A stretch of 64,000 bases of DNA, taken from Candidatus Poribacteria bacterium. Lineage in GTDB: Bacteria; Poribacteria; WGA-4E; WGA-3G. The position numbers were made by a program, and so were the translations under genes. The DNA is taken from positions 4,256,001 through 4,320,000 of the forward strand of contig OZ240248.1 of assembly GCA_965198235.1 (NCBI GenBank), read 5' to 3'. Below, piece by piece: positions 38,966-48,761 of the stretch. The first letter of the stretch is position 1. Each line of letters starts with the position of its first letter. The notes below the pieces were generated by a model that had not been told where the DNA came from, did no database searches, and saw only the letters and a list, made by a program, of their open reading frames with translations.

Positions 38966-38990
38966 GTAGGAGCGATCTCCGAATCGCGAA
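38966..38990 (+). repeat. GTAG-type REP-like palindrome
   Basis: GTAGGAGCGATCTCCGAATCGCGAA, near identical to 62801-62825. Confidence 0.75.
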
Positions 38991-39055
38991 TTCTTCTGTA
39001 CAATGCACAAATAAATAAAAACTGCATGTCTCTGCCATACTAAAAAGGAGTTATC

Positions 39056-40069
39056 ATGAGAGAGAAAACGATTAGTCCGGGGCAAGGTGCACAAGCGAGC
39101 CAAGGACAAGTGAGACAAGTGTCCCAGTTGTTTGGTGAAGGCATCGGCGACACCGCCGAATGGGTCGAGATCCACCGCACCAGCGATGAATGGGAAGTGA
39201 GACTTATCCAAGCCACTTTGAGCGCACAACAAATCCGATGCCGCCCCATCGAATTAAAGGAGGAACGCCAAACTGTCCTCCTCGTCGAACCTGAACATCA
39301 GGTAACAGCAATGGAACTGATAAGCCGCATTGACGCAATCGTCACAGATAATGAAATAGCGGCACAATCCGAAGAAACAGCGGAAGCACTCAAGCAACGC
39401 GATATGACCGTCGTTCAGGAAGACACAAGCCAACAGGTGGACCCCGGCGATTCGACAGAACTCGTCTTTGCCGAACGCGAAGACATCGGCAGTGTCGTCT
39501 ATGTGCCTGGAAAGGGATACGAACTCCGCGCCGGTCCTGAACCGTACATCACCGTACCAGAGGGCGACTGGGAAGAGTTTACTGACTTTAGCGCGCAACG
39601 TCAGGAGTTCGTAATACTTCTGCGCCACGAATACCCCGACCTCTTCGAGTGGATTCAAGAGGGAAAACTACTCGCAGAATTCATCCGTCTCATCGAGATG
39701 ACGTATCAAGAGGGCGCGCCGCCCCTTCCACACCGATCCAGCAATGCTACTGATGAAGAACTCGATGCGACCCCTTACCATCCGCTTGCTCAATTGAGTC
39801 TCACTGTCGCCGTGATTTCGCTCATTGCAGTGCTTTTTCAGATCCCGTGGCAGGTAAACCTCGTGCTGGCAGTTGTTGCTGTGGCATCGGCGGTCGCCGC
39901 CAAATACCAGATCGATGTCAGTGACGGAAAATCAACAGGTGTTCCGATGGCTCTGAGCGCGATTGTGCTTGCGTGTCTCGTTGTAGTCTTTGCGTGGTGG
40001 CTGGATCAGCGTCCGGAACCGGTAGAACCGGCGAATCCATCCGTCCGTGAATTTATTGACGATCGGTAG
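39056..40069 (+). CDS. Hypothetical membrane protein (N-terminal DUF2007-like, three C-terminal TM helices)
   Basis: RBS AAGGAG; WVEIHRTSDEWEVRLIQATL; hydrophobic C-terminus. Confidence 0.6.
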   Translation: MREKTISPGQGAQASQGQVRQVSQLFGEGIGDTAEWVEIHRTSDEWEVRLIQATLSAQQIRCRPIELKEERQTVLLVEPEHQVTAMELISRIDAIVTDNEIAAQSEETAEALKQRDMTVVQEDTSQQVDPGDSTELVFAEREDIGSVVYVPGKGYELRAGPEPYITVPEGDWEEFTDFSAQRQEFVILLRHEYPDLFEWIQEGKLLAEFIRLIEMTYQEGAPPLPHRSSNATDEELDATPYHPLAQLSLTVAVISLIAVLFQIPWQVNLVLAVVAVASAVAAKYQIDVSDGKSTGVPMALSAIVLACLVVVFAWWLDQRPEPVEPANPSVREFIDDR

Positions 40070-40115
40070 AGCGAGCAACACCAGTTATCCATTCATATCC
40101 AGGAACAAAAACGTA

Positions 40116-40144
40116 TTGATTTCTTGTATAAAATGTAGTATACT
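40116..40144 (+). promoter_or_regulatory. Promoter of the darT-like operon
   Basis: TTGATT-N17-TATACT. Confidence 0.55.
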
Positions 40145-40176
40145 TTTTCAAACCCAGCATAAGAAGGAAATACATC

Positions 40177-40845
40177 ATGCAGGAGATAACACTCTCCGAA
40201 ATACAGCAAATTTGTCACGAACGGGGTATCAACACACTTTGCCATTTTACCCGGATAGAGCGTTTACCTAGCATTTTACACCGTGGGCTACTAAATCGTA
40301 ATTTTCTAGAGACACTTCCTTCAAAAATTAGACCCCAATTTCCTGATCCAAATCGAGATGATGGATACAAAGATGCAATTTGCTTGAGCATCAGCTTCCC
40401 AAACTATAGAATGTTTTTCAGTAAAACAGGGCATACCAACCAACGCGAATGGGTCGTTTTGCTGCTTGACGCGAGAATATTATGGGAAAAGGATTGTGCG
40501 TTTTGCCACCAGAATGCGCGCTTTGAACCTGTACTCGGTGTTCGATTGGGGGACAGGAAAAAACTCGCGTCATTAAAAAGAATGTTCCAGAATTGGGATT
40601 TTCACGCAACAGGTTTAAGGTACCAACGTCAGCAAATACCTGATAATTATCCAACACACCCTGAAGCGGAAGTTCTTGTATTTGACTCAATTCCAGCAGA
40701 GTACATCAACGAAGTCCACTTCTATGATGACACTGCTTTGCAAACGTGGCTGAAGGACAATCCAGGAACTTATTCTCCAAAGTTTTACGCTAATCGGCAA
40801 TATTTTGGACCTAGATGTGATTACAAAATATGGCAAAATCAATAA
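40177..40845 (+). CDS. darT: DarT-like DNA ADP-ribosyltransferase toxin (DarT1 type)
   Basis: LCHFTRIERLPSILHRGL, RDD, ICLSISFPNYRMF, PTHPEAEVLV. Confidence 0.82.
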   Translation: MQEITLSEIQQICHERGINTLCHFTRIERLPSILHRGLLNRNFLETLPSKIRPQFPDPNRDDGYKDAICLSISFPNYRMFFSKTGHTNQREWVVLLLDARILWEKDCAFCHQNARFEPVLGVRLGDRKKLASLKRMFQNWDFHATGLRYQRQQIPDNYPTHPEAEVLVFDSIPAEYINEVHFYDDTALQTWLKDNPGTYSPKFYANRQYFGPRCDYKIWQNQ

Positions 40846-40872
40846 CATGAATATTAGCAGGAGCCAAGTATA

Positions 40873-41583
40873 ATGGCAAAACGCCCTATTTTTACTCCCA
40901 ATCTCAACAAATTTCCGTATGTTGATGCGATAGATATAGAGTTTAAATGGCACTCTGGCTTTGCAAAATTGCAGTTGCAAAAGTCCATAGCATCTTTGCA
41001 TGAAGCCGCCGAAAAACTGAATAAGATCTCTCCAATTTTGGAAATATCGGGAAAATCTGCGTCGGACTTAGGGATTAGCTTGAGTGCATTTAATCTGTCA
41101 TTGAAAACACCAAACGGTCAGAGAATGAGTGTCGAGTGTGCATATCAGGGAAGCAAAGTGTTTGAAAATGGCGGTCCCTACCACGAACTCTATTTGGCCT
41201 CAAGTCGAGAAGCGAAAACGGATGAACGGTTAAAGAATTCAGGGGAATTAATTGCTTTCAACTTCTGCGGAGAAGATTTCCCTATTGAACCCAAAACGGC
41301 TTTCTATGACTGGCTGTATATGACCGCGCTGTCGGAGAAAAAAACAGATTTTGTGAAAGAACTCGGGGTGTTTCAAGGTTTTTCAGACATCGTCTTCAAC
41401 CCTAATCGCTCGCTCAACTGTCAAGCACATGCAGCTGCTTTATTTGTTGCTTTGTCCAAAAACGAATTGATCAATGAACAGATACTTCAAAACAAAGAGC
41501 GTTACTTGGCACTCATAACAGGCAAAGCACAATTCCCATCAGTCCAACCAACTCCACGCCAACTTACTCTATCGTTCCGGTAA
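40873..41583 (+). CDS. DarT1-associated NADAR family antitoxin
   Basis: MAKRPIF, KSIASLH, LEISGKS..LSAFNL, SVECAYQGSKVFENGGPY, AFYDWLY, FNPNRSLNCQA. Confidence 0.8.
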   Translation: MAKRPIFTPNLNKFPYVDAIDIEFKWHSGFAKLQLQKSIASLHEAAEKLNKISPILEISGKSASDLGISLSAFNLSLKTPNGQRMSVECAYQGSKVFENGGPYHELYLASSREAKTDERLKNSGELIAFNFCGEDFPIEPKTAFYDWLYMTALSEKKTDFVKELGVFQGFSDIVFNPNRSLNCQAHAAALFVALSKNELINEQILQNKERYLALITGKAQFPSVQPTPRQLTLSFR

Positions 41584-41844
41584 ATGCGTTTAAACAGGAA
41601 ACATCAAAGGACATTGAAGGCTATTTTTAGCACACAGATCCCTGCCACGTTGCAATGGCGGCGGATTGAAGCCCTCTTCATAGCACTTGGTGCCACAAAA
41701 GAAGAAGGACGCGGATCTTCTGTGACCTTCAAACTAAAGGAGGAGCATGCTACGTTTCACCGACCTCATTCTCAAAAAGAGGCAAAACGGTACCACGTAC
41801 GCGATGCGCGAGATTTCCTTAAAAAAGTAGGAATAACACCATGA
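41584..41844 (+). CDS. hicA: HicA family toxin, copy 1
   Basis: KHQRTL, WRRIEALFIALGA, EGRGS, FHRPH. Confidence 0.85.
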   Translation: MRLNRKHQRTLKAIFSTQIPATLQWRRIEALFIALGATKEEGRGSSVTFKLKEEHATFHRPHSQKEAKRYHVRDARDFLKKVGITP

Positions 41845-42095
41845 AAACAATAACACACAGAGGATTTACAGCAGAAATCATCTATAGTCAAGAAGATGAG
41901 TGTTTTGTGGGCCATGTTGTCGATCCTAGTGATGATATTATAGGTTTCCACGGAAACACAGATGCTGAGTTGCGTGCTGCCTTTGAAGACGTAGTGGATC
42001 TTCACATCAAGGTCAAAGAGCAACCAGAAAATCCGTCGCAAAAGCACGTCGCTAGCAGGATCCTAGCACGCCTACGACAAGCCTTCAATTTGTAG
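41841..42095 (+). CDS. hicB: HicB family antitoxin (short), copy 1
   Basis: HRGFTAEIIYSQEDECFVG, IIGFHG..ELRAAFEDVVD. Confidence 0.82.
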   Translation: MKTITHRGFTAEIIYSQEDECFVGHVVDPSDDIIGFHGNTDAELRAAFEDVVDLHIKVKEQPENPSQKHVASRILARLRQAFNL

Positions 42096-42240
42096 CAGAG
42101 ACCCACACCGCTCGTTCTTGAGAAGTAATTTTATTGGACCAAGTACAGATGTGGTTACTGCCTTACCGGCTTTTCTGATGCAAATACAGTATACCTTTCA
42201 TAATTCAGCCAGAGGTAGTGCTTGTGAGCGGAAGGCAGCC

Positions 42241-44187
42241 ATGTCAGAAAAAAGACAATCCCAAATCGGAACTGGAGCTGAAACAACCTCGCTCCTTCCG
42301 CCGCTCGCCATCGGTGTGGCTCTGATCCTTCTCAATGCATATTGGATCGCATTAGTCAGCGGTATCCACCACTCTTTGAATCCTGCCTATGCCTCTCTGT
42401 TTATCGCCCCAATCGTCAACCTCTTTTTTGCGGTGCTGATCAATACACTGCTAAAGCGGATTCGTCCACAACTCGCCCTGAGCCGTGCCCAACTTCTCTT
42501 AGTCTATCAGATGTTGGTAATGCTTTGTGTGGTCTCCGGGCACAATCCGATGGACTTCATTCTGGGAATCCTCGCGCATCCGTTCTGGTTCGCCACCTTT
42601 GAAAATGAATATGCAACCCTCTTCCATAGGTATATCCCGTCTTGGTTAACGGTTGAAGATAAAGGTGCACTCACCGGTTTCTTTGAAGGAAACTCGACCC
42701 TATACACACCAAGACACCTGTTAGCATGGATAGGTCCTGTGCTGCTCTGGTCGTTTGTCACGTTCATCCTCTTTTTCATTTTGATGTGTTTCAACAGCAT
42801 CCAGCGTTTGCAGTGGAGCGAACGGGAACGACTCAGCTATCCGATTGCACAACTCCCTATAGAGATGACCACCCCACGTTTTTTTTCAAGAAGATTACTG
42901 TGGCTGGGGTTCAGCATCTGTGCAGTGATAGAACTCCTCAACGGACTCCACTTCCTTTACCCCTTTGTGCCCGGCGTGCCTCTCAAAATACCCGACTTTG
43001 GGGCGACACTCTTTACGACGAAACCTTGGAGCGCGATTGGATGGTTACCCCTCTTCTTTTACCCTTGGGTCATCGCGCTGACGTTTTTCGTGCCGCTCGA
43101 ACTCTCGTTTTCAGTCTGGTTCTTTTTTCTGTTTACAAAATTTCAGTTGATTGTAGGGAGCATCGGCGGCTGGAAATCGCTGCAAGGTTTTCCGTATTAC
43201 AATCAACAAGGAATTGGCGCGTGGTTGACGCTCGCGATTCTAATCCTATGGACAAGCCGTAAGCACCTCAAAACAGTATTTACTACAGCTTTGAAGTCCT
43301 CTGACAACGGCATCGCCGCTCACAAAAACGAACCGTTTCAATATCGCACCGCTCTACTCGGCATCTTAGTCGGCACAACAATCCTCGTTATCATCTTCCA
43401 TCAGGCGGGTATGTCTGTCGGAATTCTCCTCGCCTTTCTATGTCTCTACTTCCTCATGTCCATCGCCATAACGTATGCAAGGGCAGCAGTCGGTGTGCCA
43501 TATCATGAAGTCATTTGGACGCATCCACAACTGATGATCGTCTCGGTTTTAGGGGTCCGACGGACGGGTGCGGCGAACCTGACACTTTTCTCTTTTTTGT
43601 ATCCCTACGTTCGCGACAACGTCTCGCATCCAATGCCGAGTCAGTTAGAAGGGTTCAAAATGGCGGAGCGCGCACCAGTTTCGCAGAAAAAGATGGCGAT
43701 CGTTATGATAGTCGCCCTATTGGTTGCCACCCCTGTCTCTTTCTGGGCATATTTGCATCTCATCTATCAACACGGTGCCGTGCGAACTGAGGGGTACATT
43801 ATCGGTATCGGCATTGAAACTTTTGAACGTTTGCTACTGCCGTGGTTACAACAACCCCATGCTACAGATAGCACAGGATTGAGTTTCACGGCATTCGCCT
43901 CGCTGTTCACGTTGGGATTAATGTTCCTGAGAAGACAGTTTATTTGGTTTCCTTTCCACCCAACGGGCTACGCACTCGGTTTATCAGCAGGAATGGTTTG
44001 GGTCTGGAGCGCAATCTGTGTCGGTTGGATCATCAAGGCGGTCCTACTCAAATTCGGGGGGTTGCGAATCTATCGGAAGGCTGCCCCATTCTTTGTTGGG
44101 GTGATTTTGGGTGACTTTCTGACCGGAACGTTTTGGAGTTTAGTGGGTGCCATTTTCGGGATACCAGTATATCGGGTCTGGTATTAA
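42241..44187 (+). CDS. Large polytopic membrane protein (DUF6785/DUF6784-like, putative transporter)
   Basis: QWSERERLSYPIAQLP, PLELSFSVWFF, WFPFHPTGY, PFFVGVILG; many TM segments. Confidence 0.7.
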   Translation: MSEKRQSQIGTGAETTSLLPPLAIGVALILLNAYWIALVSGIHHSLNPAYASLFIAPIVNLFFAVLINTLLKRIRPQLALSRAQLLLVYQMLVMLCVVSGHNPMDFILGILAHPFWFATFENEYATLFHRYIPSWLTVEDKGALTGFFEGNSTLYTPRHLLAWIGPVLLWSFVTFILFFILMCFNSIQRLQWSERERLSYPIAQLPIEMTTPRFFSRRLLWLGFSICAVIELLNGLHFLYPFVPGVPLKIPDFGATLFTTKPWSAIGWLPLFFYPWVIALTFFVPLELSFSVWFFFLFTKFQLIVGSIGGWKSLQGFPYYNQQGIGAWLTLAILILWTSRKHLKTVFTTALKSSDNGIAAHKNEPFQYRTALLGILVGTTILVIIFHQAGMSVGILLAFLCLYFLMSIAITYARAAVGVPYHEVIWTHPQLMIVSVLGVRRTGAANLTLFSFLYPYVRDNVSHPMPSQLEGFKMAERAPVSQKKMAIVMIVALLVATPVSFWAYLHLIYQHGAVRTEGYIIGIGIETFERLLLPWLQQPHATDSTGLSFTAFASLFTLGLMFLRRQFIWFPFHPTGYALGLSAGMVWVWSAICVGWIIKAVLLKFGGLRIYRKAAPFFVGVILGDFLTGTFWSLVGAIFGIPVYRVWY

Positions 44188-44259
44188 CATCATAACAGAT
44201 ATGACACAATTTCTCCAACCCAACTCACTCTACTCTTCTGGTAAACTCAAATTTTTAAG

Positions 44260-44288
44260 TTGACACTTCAACCGGTATATGGTAAAGT
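44260..44288 (+). promoter_or_regulatory. Promoter of the second hicAB
   Basis: TTGACA-N17-TAAAGT with extended -10 TG. Confidence 0.6.
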
Positions 44289-44318
44289 TAAGAGTCAAAG
44301 TACACCCACGGTTAGCGT

Positions 44319-44585
44319 ATGAATGTCCGTCTAAACAAAAAGCATCAAAAAACACTGGAGGCTATTTTTGGTACACAAATCCCATCCACGTTGCAGTGGC
44401 GGCGGATTGAAGCCCTTTTCGCAGCACTTGGTGCGACAAAAAAGGAGAGAAAAGGCTCTGGTGTAGTTTTTCAACTGAACGAAAAAAGAGTTACATTCCA
44501 CGTCCCTCCTCCTCGGAAAGAAGCACAACGGTACCAAATTAGGCGCGCACGAAATTTTCTAGAAGAAGTAGGAATAACTCCATGA
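44319..44585 (+). CDS. hicA: HicA family toxin, copy 2
   Basis: Paralog of 41584; FHVPP instead of FHRPH. Confidence 0.82.
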   Translation: MNVRLNKKHQKTLEAIFGTQIPSTLQWRRIEALFAALGATKKERKGSGVVFQLNEKRVTFHVPPPRKEAQRYQIRRARNFLEEVGITP

Positions 44586-44833
44586 AGACAATGACATACA
44601 AGGGATATACTGCTGAAATCCACTACAGTGACGAAGATGGTTTTTTCGTCGGCGATGTTGTGGGCATTGACAATATCATTTGTTTCCACGGAAATACCGA
44701 CGAAGAACTACGTATTGCTTTTGAAGACGTGGTAGATCTCTATATTGAGGCACTGGAGGAACCAGAGAATCCGCCGCAAAAGCACTATGCGTGGAGGCTT
44801 CTGTCGCGTCTACGTCAAGCATTCCATCTATAA
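44582..44833 (+). CDS. hicB: HicB family antitoxin (short), copy 2
   Basis: MTYKGYTAEIHYSDEDGFFVG, ICFHG..ELRIAFEDVVD. Confidence 0.85.
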   Translation: MKTMTYKGYTAEIHYSDEDGFFVGDVVGIDNIICFHGNTDEELRIAFEDVVDLYIEALEEPENPPQKHYAWRLLSRLRQAFHL

Positions 44834-44893
44834 AAGCAGAGGGTTTGCTCCGTCCATTATCGGAATAAAACCACGAAAATAAGGAATTTACCG

Positions 44894-45592
44894 GTGAAAA
44901 CATGTCTCATTGTTTTTGCTAAGAATCCGGTGCCGAACCAAGTCAAGACGAGGCTCGTCCCAACCCTCTCACCGGAACAAGCGGCAACATTGTATACGGC
45001 GTTCCTCACAGATTGGTGCGAAACACTCGCCAAACTCCGCGGTGTGGACCTAATCATCGCCTATACACCCGCAGAGGCACGCCACGATTTACAAGCGTTA
45101 ATCGGAGACGACACCATCTACATCCCGCAAATAGGCACTGACCTCGGGGAACGACTCGCCTCAGCAACACAGTGGGCAGCCGAACACAGATACACGAAGA
45201 TTTTACTCGTCGGGTCCGATAGCCCGACACTACCGATTTCATATATCTCAAAAGCATTTACACTGCTCGACTCGCGGGACATCGCCATCGGACCGAGTAC
45301 AGATGGCGGTTATTACCTCATCGGCTTTTCTGTGGATACCTTGGAAACAACAGTCCCTCACATATTTGAGGAAATCGCGTGGAGCACAGCGGATGTTTTT
45401 CAACAAACCGTAGCAAGTATCCGTTCGCTAAAGGCAACCTTAGGGCTCCTACCGCCGTGGTATGATATAGATACGGCTGAAGATTTGGCGTTTCTGCACG
45501 CACACATATCAGCGATGCGACTCGCGGGCGAAACAATCCAAGCCGTCAGAACAGAATCTCTACTGACAGATTTTCTAACTATGGGAATCTGA
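44894..45592 (+). CDS. DUF2064 / TIGR04282-type glycosyltransferase
   Basis: FAKNP..VKTRL, QIGTDLGERL, GSDSP, GPSTDGGYYLIG, DIDTAEDL. Confidence 0.85.
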   Translation: MKTCLIVFAKNPVPNQVKTRLVPTLSPEQAATLYTAFLTDWCETLAKLRGVDLIIAYTPAEARHDLQALIGDDTIYIPQIGTDLGERLASATQWAAEHRYTKILLVGSDSPTLPISYISKAFTLLDSRDIAIGPSTDGGYYLIGFSVDTLETTVPHIFEEIAWSTADVFQQTVASIRSLKATLGLLPPWYDIDTAEDLAFLHAHISAMRLAGETIQAVRTESLLTDFLTMGI

Positions 45593-45734
45593 GCTGTGCT
45601 CCATTACATTCCGCACAGGTTTGTGTTAAAGTTGCCAACCTTTTGAAAGGTCCAGAGGTTCTCGCCTGAGCTGAAACCATCGTGGAACGATGCTCAGATT
45701 TGATAAGTTAAAAAAAGGAAAAGGAGAATTAATA

Positions 45735-46466
45735 ATGGGACAATTAGATGGAAAATTTGCAATTGTGACCGGTGGAAACAGGGGAATCGGAAGAGGGATT
45801 GCGAGAGGGCTTGCCGCTGAGGGAGCAAATCTCACAATCGCCGCAAGGGACGCGGATCTCCTTGAAGAAACCGCTAACGAATTCCGCGCAAACGGCACCA
45901 AAGTGTTGACTGTCCCCACCGATGTAACGGACGAGGAACAGATCAAAGCACTCTTTGAAAAAGCGATGGACGAGTACGGTCGTTTGGACATCCTCGTAAA
46001 TAACGCAGGGGCATTCAATGGGGGTCCCATAGGTGAACTCGCAACGGAGGATTGGGATTGGGTTATTAATGTAAATCTCCGTGCGCCGTTTATCTGCACA
46101 CGCGAGGCATTTGCAATTATGAAGGCACAAGGTGAAGGTGGACGTATCATCAACGTCGGGAGTATCTCTGCCCATCGTGTCCGGCCCCGTACAGCCCCCT
46201 ACAGTGCCAGCAAATTCGGCATCTGGGGACTAACACAGGTGACAGCATTAGAGGGAAGACCTTACGGTATCACAGCGGGTTGTTTGCAACCCGGTAACAC
46301 CTATGTAGAGCGACATCAGAACCGTCCACAGGAACCTATGGAACCGATGATGGACGTTGATGATCTCGCGCAAGCCGCTGTTCTCATGGCGACGCTCCCG
46401 CCGAATATCAATATGTTGGAAGCAACAGTCCTGCCGATCGGTCAACTTTATGTCGGACGAGGATAA
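45735..46466 (+). CDS. Short-chain dehydrogenase/reductase
   Basis: TGGNRGIG, NNAG, YSASK. Confidence 0.92.
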   Translation: MGQLDGKFAIVTGGNRGIGRGIARGLAAEGANLTIAARDADLLEETANEFRANGTKVLTVPTDVTDEEQIKALFEKAMDEYGRLDILVNNAGAFNGGPIGELATEDWDWVINVNLRAPFICTREAFAIMKAQGEGGRIINVGSISAHRVRPRTAPYSASKFGIWGLTQVTALEGRPYGITAGCLQPGNTYVERHQNRPQEPMEPMMDVDDLAQAAVLMATLPPNINMLEATVLPIGQLYVGRG

Positions 46467-46486
46467 CGCATAACCGGAGACAAATT

Positions 46487-47707
46487 ATGAAAGTCAACCG
46501 GACCCAATTTATGGAAGAAGGGTATCTCGTTTTCCGAGAGGTGGTCCCGCCGGAAGAACTGGACGCGCTTCGGGAAAGTTATGAATTAATGGTATCGCGC
46601 CAGCGAGAAATCTGGGCGAGAGAACGCGGACCGAACGAACCACCGGGTGGTGTATGGGAGACTTCGCCACAACCGCGTCTACAACTCGGACACAACCCAC
46701 TCGCAGGGCTCGTCGATGAAAAAACAGCAAGTGCTGTCGAAATCTGGGCACACGAGAACATGCAAGGGGTCAGCAGTGAACTGCTCGGTGAGGAAGACGC
46801 AGGCGTTACTGAGATGATGCTCATGTGCAGTCCAGTCAAAGACTGTGGACCCGCCACTTGGCATCGCGACCATCATCCTATTGATACCGCCCCCTTACAA
46901 GGCTATATCGACGATATTGTGGAGACGGGACCTCGCTACGTTCAGTGGAATCTCTCACTCTACGACGATAACGTACTGTGGGTGCTACCCGGCAGTCATC
47001 TGCGGGTGAATACTGAGGAAGAAAACGAGCGGCTGTTGGCAGATCCGAAAGTGCCGTTACCCGGTGCTGTTCAAACGCACCTCAACGCTGGTGACGGTGC
47101 CGTTTACATTCTGCCGATCTTGCATTGGGGAAGCAACTATAGTCGGAAGATGCGCCGCACGATTCACGGGGGGTTTTCAAACCACACCCACTATCAAGCA
47201 TTTGACTACATAGATTATCTGTCACCGGAAGTGCGAGAGATGTTCGATCGGTGGCACGAGCGCAGTCATCAGATGCTGGTATGGACGGATAATGCTCTTC
47301 GAGCTGCTATAGAAAAGGATGCCGCTGCCTACCACACGGCACTTGAAAACCTACATCCGGGCAGAGGTGAAAAGGGGAAGATGCTCTCAACCGTCTTTTT
47401 GTGCAAAGCCGCCTGTTTCGTGGCACTCAAACACGGCTATGAACTCCCAGAAATCCCAGATGACCTTCGGAATCGTGGCAAGAGCTTCCACGCAATCACC
47501 CTCAATTGGGGACCCCCCTTCGCCGAACGATTCACGAAAGAAGAAGCAGCTACGTTGTGGAAAAGGTTTAAGCCGCTTGACGCGCTACTCAAAACCGACG
47601 AAGAACTGTATCTACCGGGTTTTCAATCCGGTCCGATGCATTACTATTTCAATGAGATGCCCGCTAATTTCGGTGTCGCAGACTTCATTAAAACGTGGGA
47701 GTTATAG
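46487..47707 (+). CDS. Phytanoyl-CoA dioxygenase (PhyH) family protein
   Basis: FMEEGYL, WHRD, VLPGSH, ILHWG. Confidence 0.85.
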   Translation: MKVNRTQFMEEGYLVFREVVPPEELDALRESYELMVSRQREIWARERGPNEPPGGVWETSPQPRLQLGHNPLAGLVDEKTASAVEIWAHENMQGVSSELLGEEDAGVTEMMLMCSPVKDCGPATWHRDHHPIDTAPLQGYIDDIVETGPRYVQWNLSLYDDNVLWVLPGSHLRVNTEEENERLLADPKVPLPGAVQTHLNAGDGAVYILPILHWGSNYSRKMRRTIHGGFSNHTHYQAFDYIDYLSPEVREMFDRWHERSHQMLVWTDNALRAAIEKDAAAYHTALENLHPGRGEKGKMLSTVFLCKAACFVALKHGYELPEIPDDLRNRGKSFHAITLNWGPPFAERFTKEEAATLWKRFKPLDALLKTDEELYLPGFQSGPMHYYFNEMPANFGVADFIKTWEL

Positions 47708-48496
47708 CGGTAAACCGAGCATCCCGCTGAGATAGAAATAAGCTTCCTCGGTATAGCGCGGCAGATTTTCTGGATCTTCAACTTCCAACTCCAACGTCAG
47801 GTCGCCTTGGTAGCCGACTTCTTGGAGCGTTTCGATAATCTGTTTGAGCTTGAGTTCACCACGCCCAATACCGACAGATACGGTGCCGAGATGATCCTTG
47901 AGATGCACTGCATAGATACGGGAACTGAATTGACGAATTGCGGCAAGTGTGTCGACACCCGACGAGTGAAAATGTCCTGTATCTATGCAGACCCCTACTC
48001 TTTCGTCGGGAATAGCGTCTAAAACCGTTTGGAAATCCTCCGGTTGTTCAAGCACATTCCCGTGATGTGGTTCAAGCGTCAACTTGATTTGACTCTCTGC
48101 TGGCATGCGCTGTAACACTTCGCTCACGCAGGAGGCAACCCTGTCCAATGCACCGGGTTCTGTTCTCGGTTGTGCCCCACTCGTTGTCAGGTGTGTTGCA
48201 CCGAGTCCTTCGGCGACCTCAACACATCTCGCGATCGCCCCTGCGCGTGCGTCAACATCGGCACTGTCCTGTCCACCCCATCCGGGTGGATAGAGTCCTG
48301 CACACTTCATACCGGATGCGTCAACCTTTGCCTTCATATCGTCTATGTCAAGAGCATGAGCAGCGTCAACACTCCAGATGAGCGGTCCATGAATTTCCAT
48401 CAGTCGGTAGCCGATCTGTGGTGCGTATTCCAAAGTTGCGGCGACCTCATCTTCGGCGTAGCCGCGGTAACAGATAGAAGCACAAATAATGTCCAT
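47702..48496 (-). CDS. Sugar phosphate isomerase/epimerase
   Basis: LEPH, DTGH, VHLKD, GRGEL, YQGDLTLE; start at 48496 chosen because the upstream extension is repeat-derived. Confidence 0.85.
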   Translation of the reverse strand: MDIICASICYRGYAEDEVAATLEYAPQIGYRLMEIHGPLIWSVDAAHALDIDDMKAKVDASGMKCAGLYPPGWGGQDSADVDARAGAIARCVEVAEGLGATHLTTSGAQPRTEPGALDRVASCVSEVLQRMPAESQIKLTLEPHHGNVLEQPEDFQTVLDAIPDERVGVCIDTGHFHSSGVDTLAAIRQFSSRIYAVHLKDHLGTVSVGIGRGELKLKQIIETLQEVGYQGDLTLELEVEDPENLPRYTEEAYFYLSGMLGLPL

Positions 48497-48533
48497 ACGT
48501 TTCAATATTGGCTTACAAACTTCGCCAATCTCC

Positions 48534-48587
48534 TTTTTAATTGTTCGCAAAGCGTTTAATTTTTTAATTGTTCGCAAAGCGTTTAAT
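48534..48587. repeat. Perfect 27-bp tandem duplication
   Basis: TTTTTAATTGTTCGCAAAGCGTTTAAT x2, at the AATTAAAAA end of a variant GTAG element (48534-48648, minus strand). Confidence 0.9.
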
Positions 48588-48672
48588 GAAGTAATTAGTC
48601 TATTGACGGTTTTCTCTCATATCCGCCTGCGCCGTTGTTGCAGGCTACCGTCTTAAGTTAATTTTCGTAACC

Positions 48673-48761
48673 GTAGCCCGTAACGGAGTGGAGGGCGGAG
48701 TTAAGGAGAGGATGTCTATGATTCAAATTCACGTCGTTTCCCCGCAAGGTAAAATTAAAAA
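48673..48761 (+). repeat. GTAG-hairpin element ending at the yjbQ ATG
   Basis: GTAGCCCGTAACGGAGTGGAGGGCGGA...CCGCAAGGTAAAATTAAAAA-ATG. Confidence 0.8.

Noticed and set aside
48497-48577. N-terminal extension MRTIKKLNALRTIKK of the 47702 ORF
   Set aside because: Derived from the 27-bp tandem duplication; the family-like sequence begins at MDIICAS
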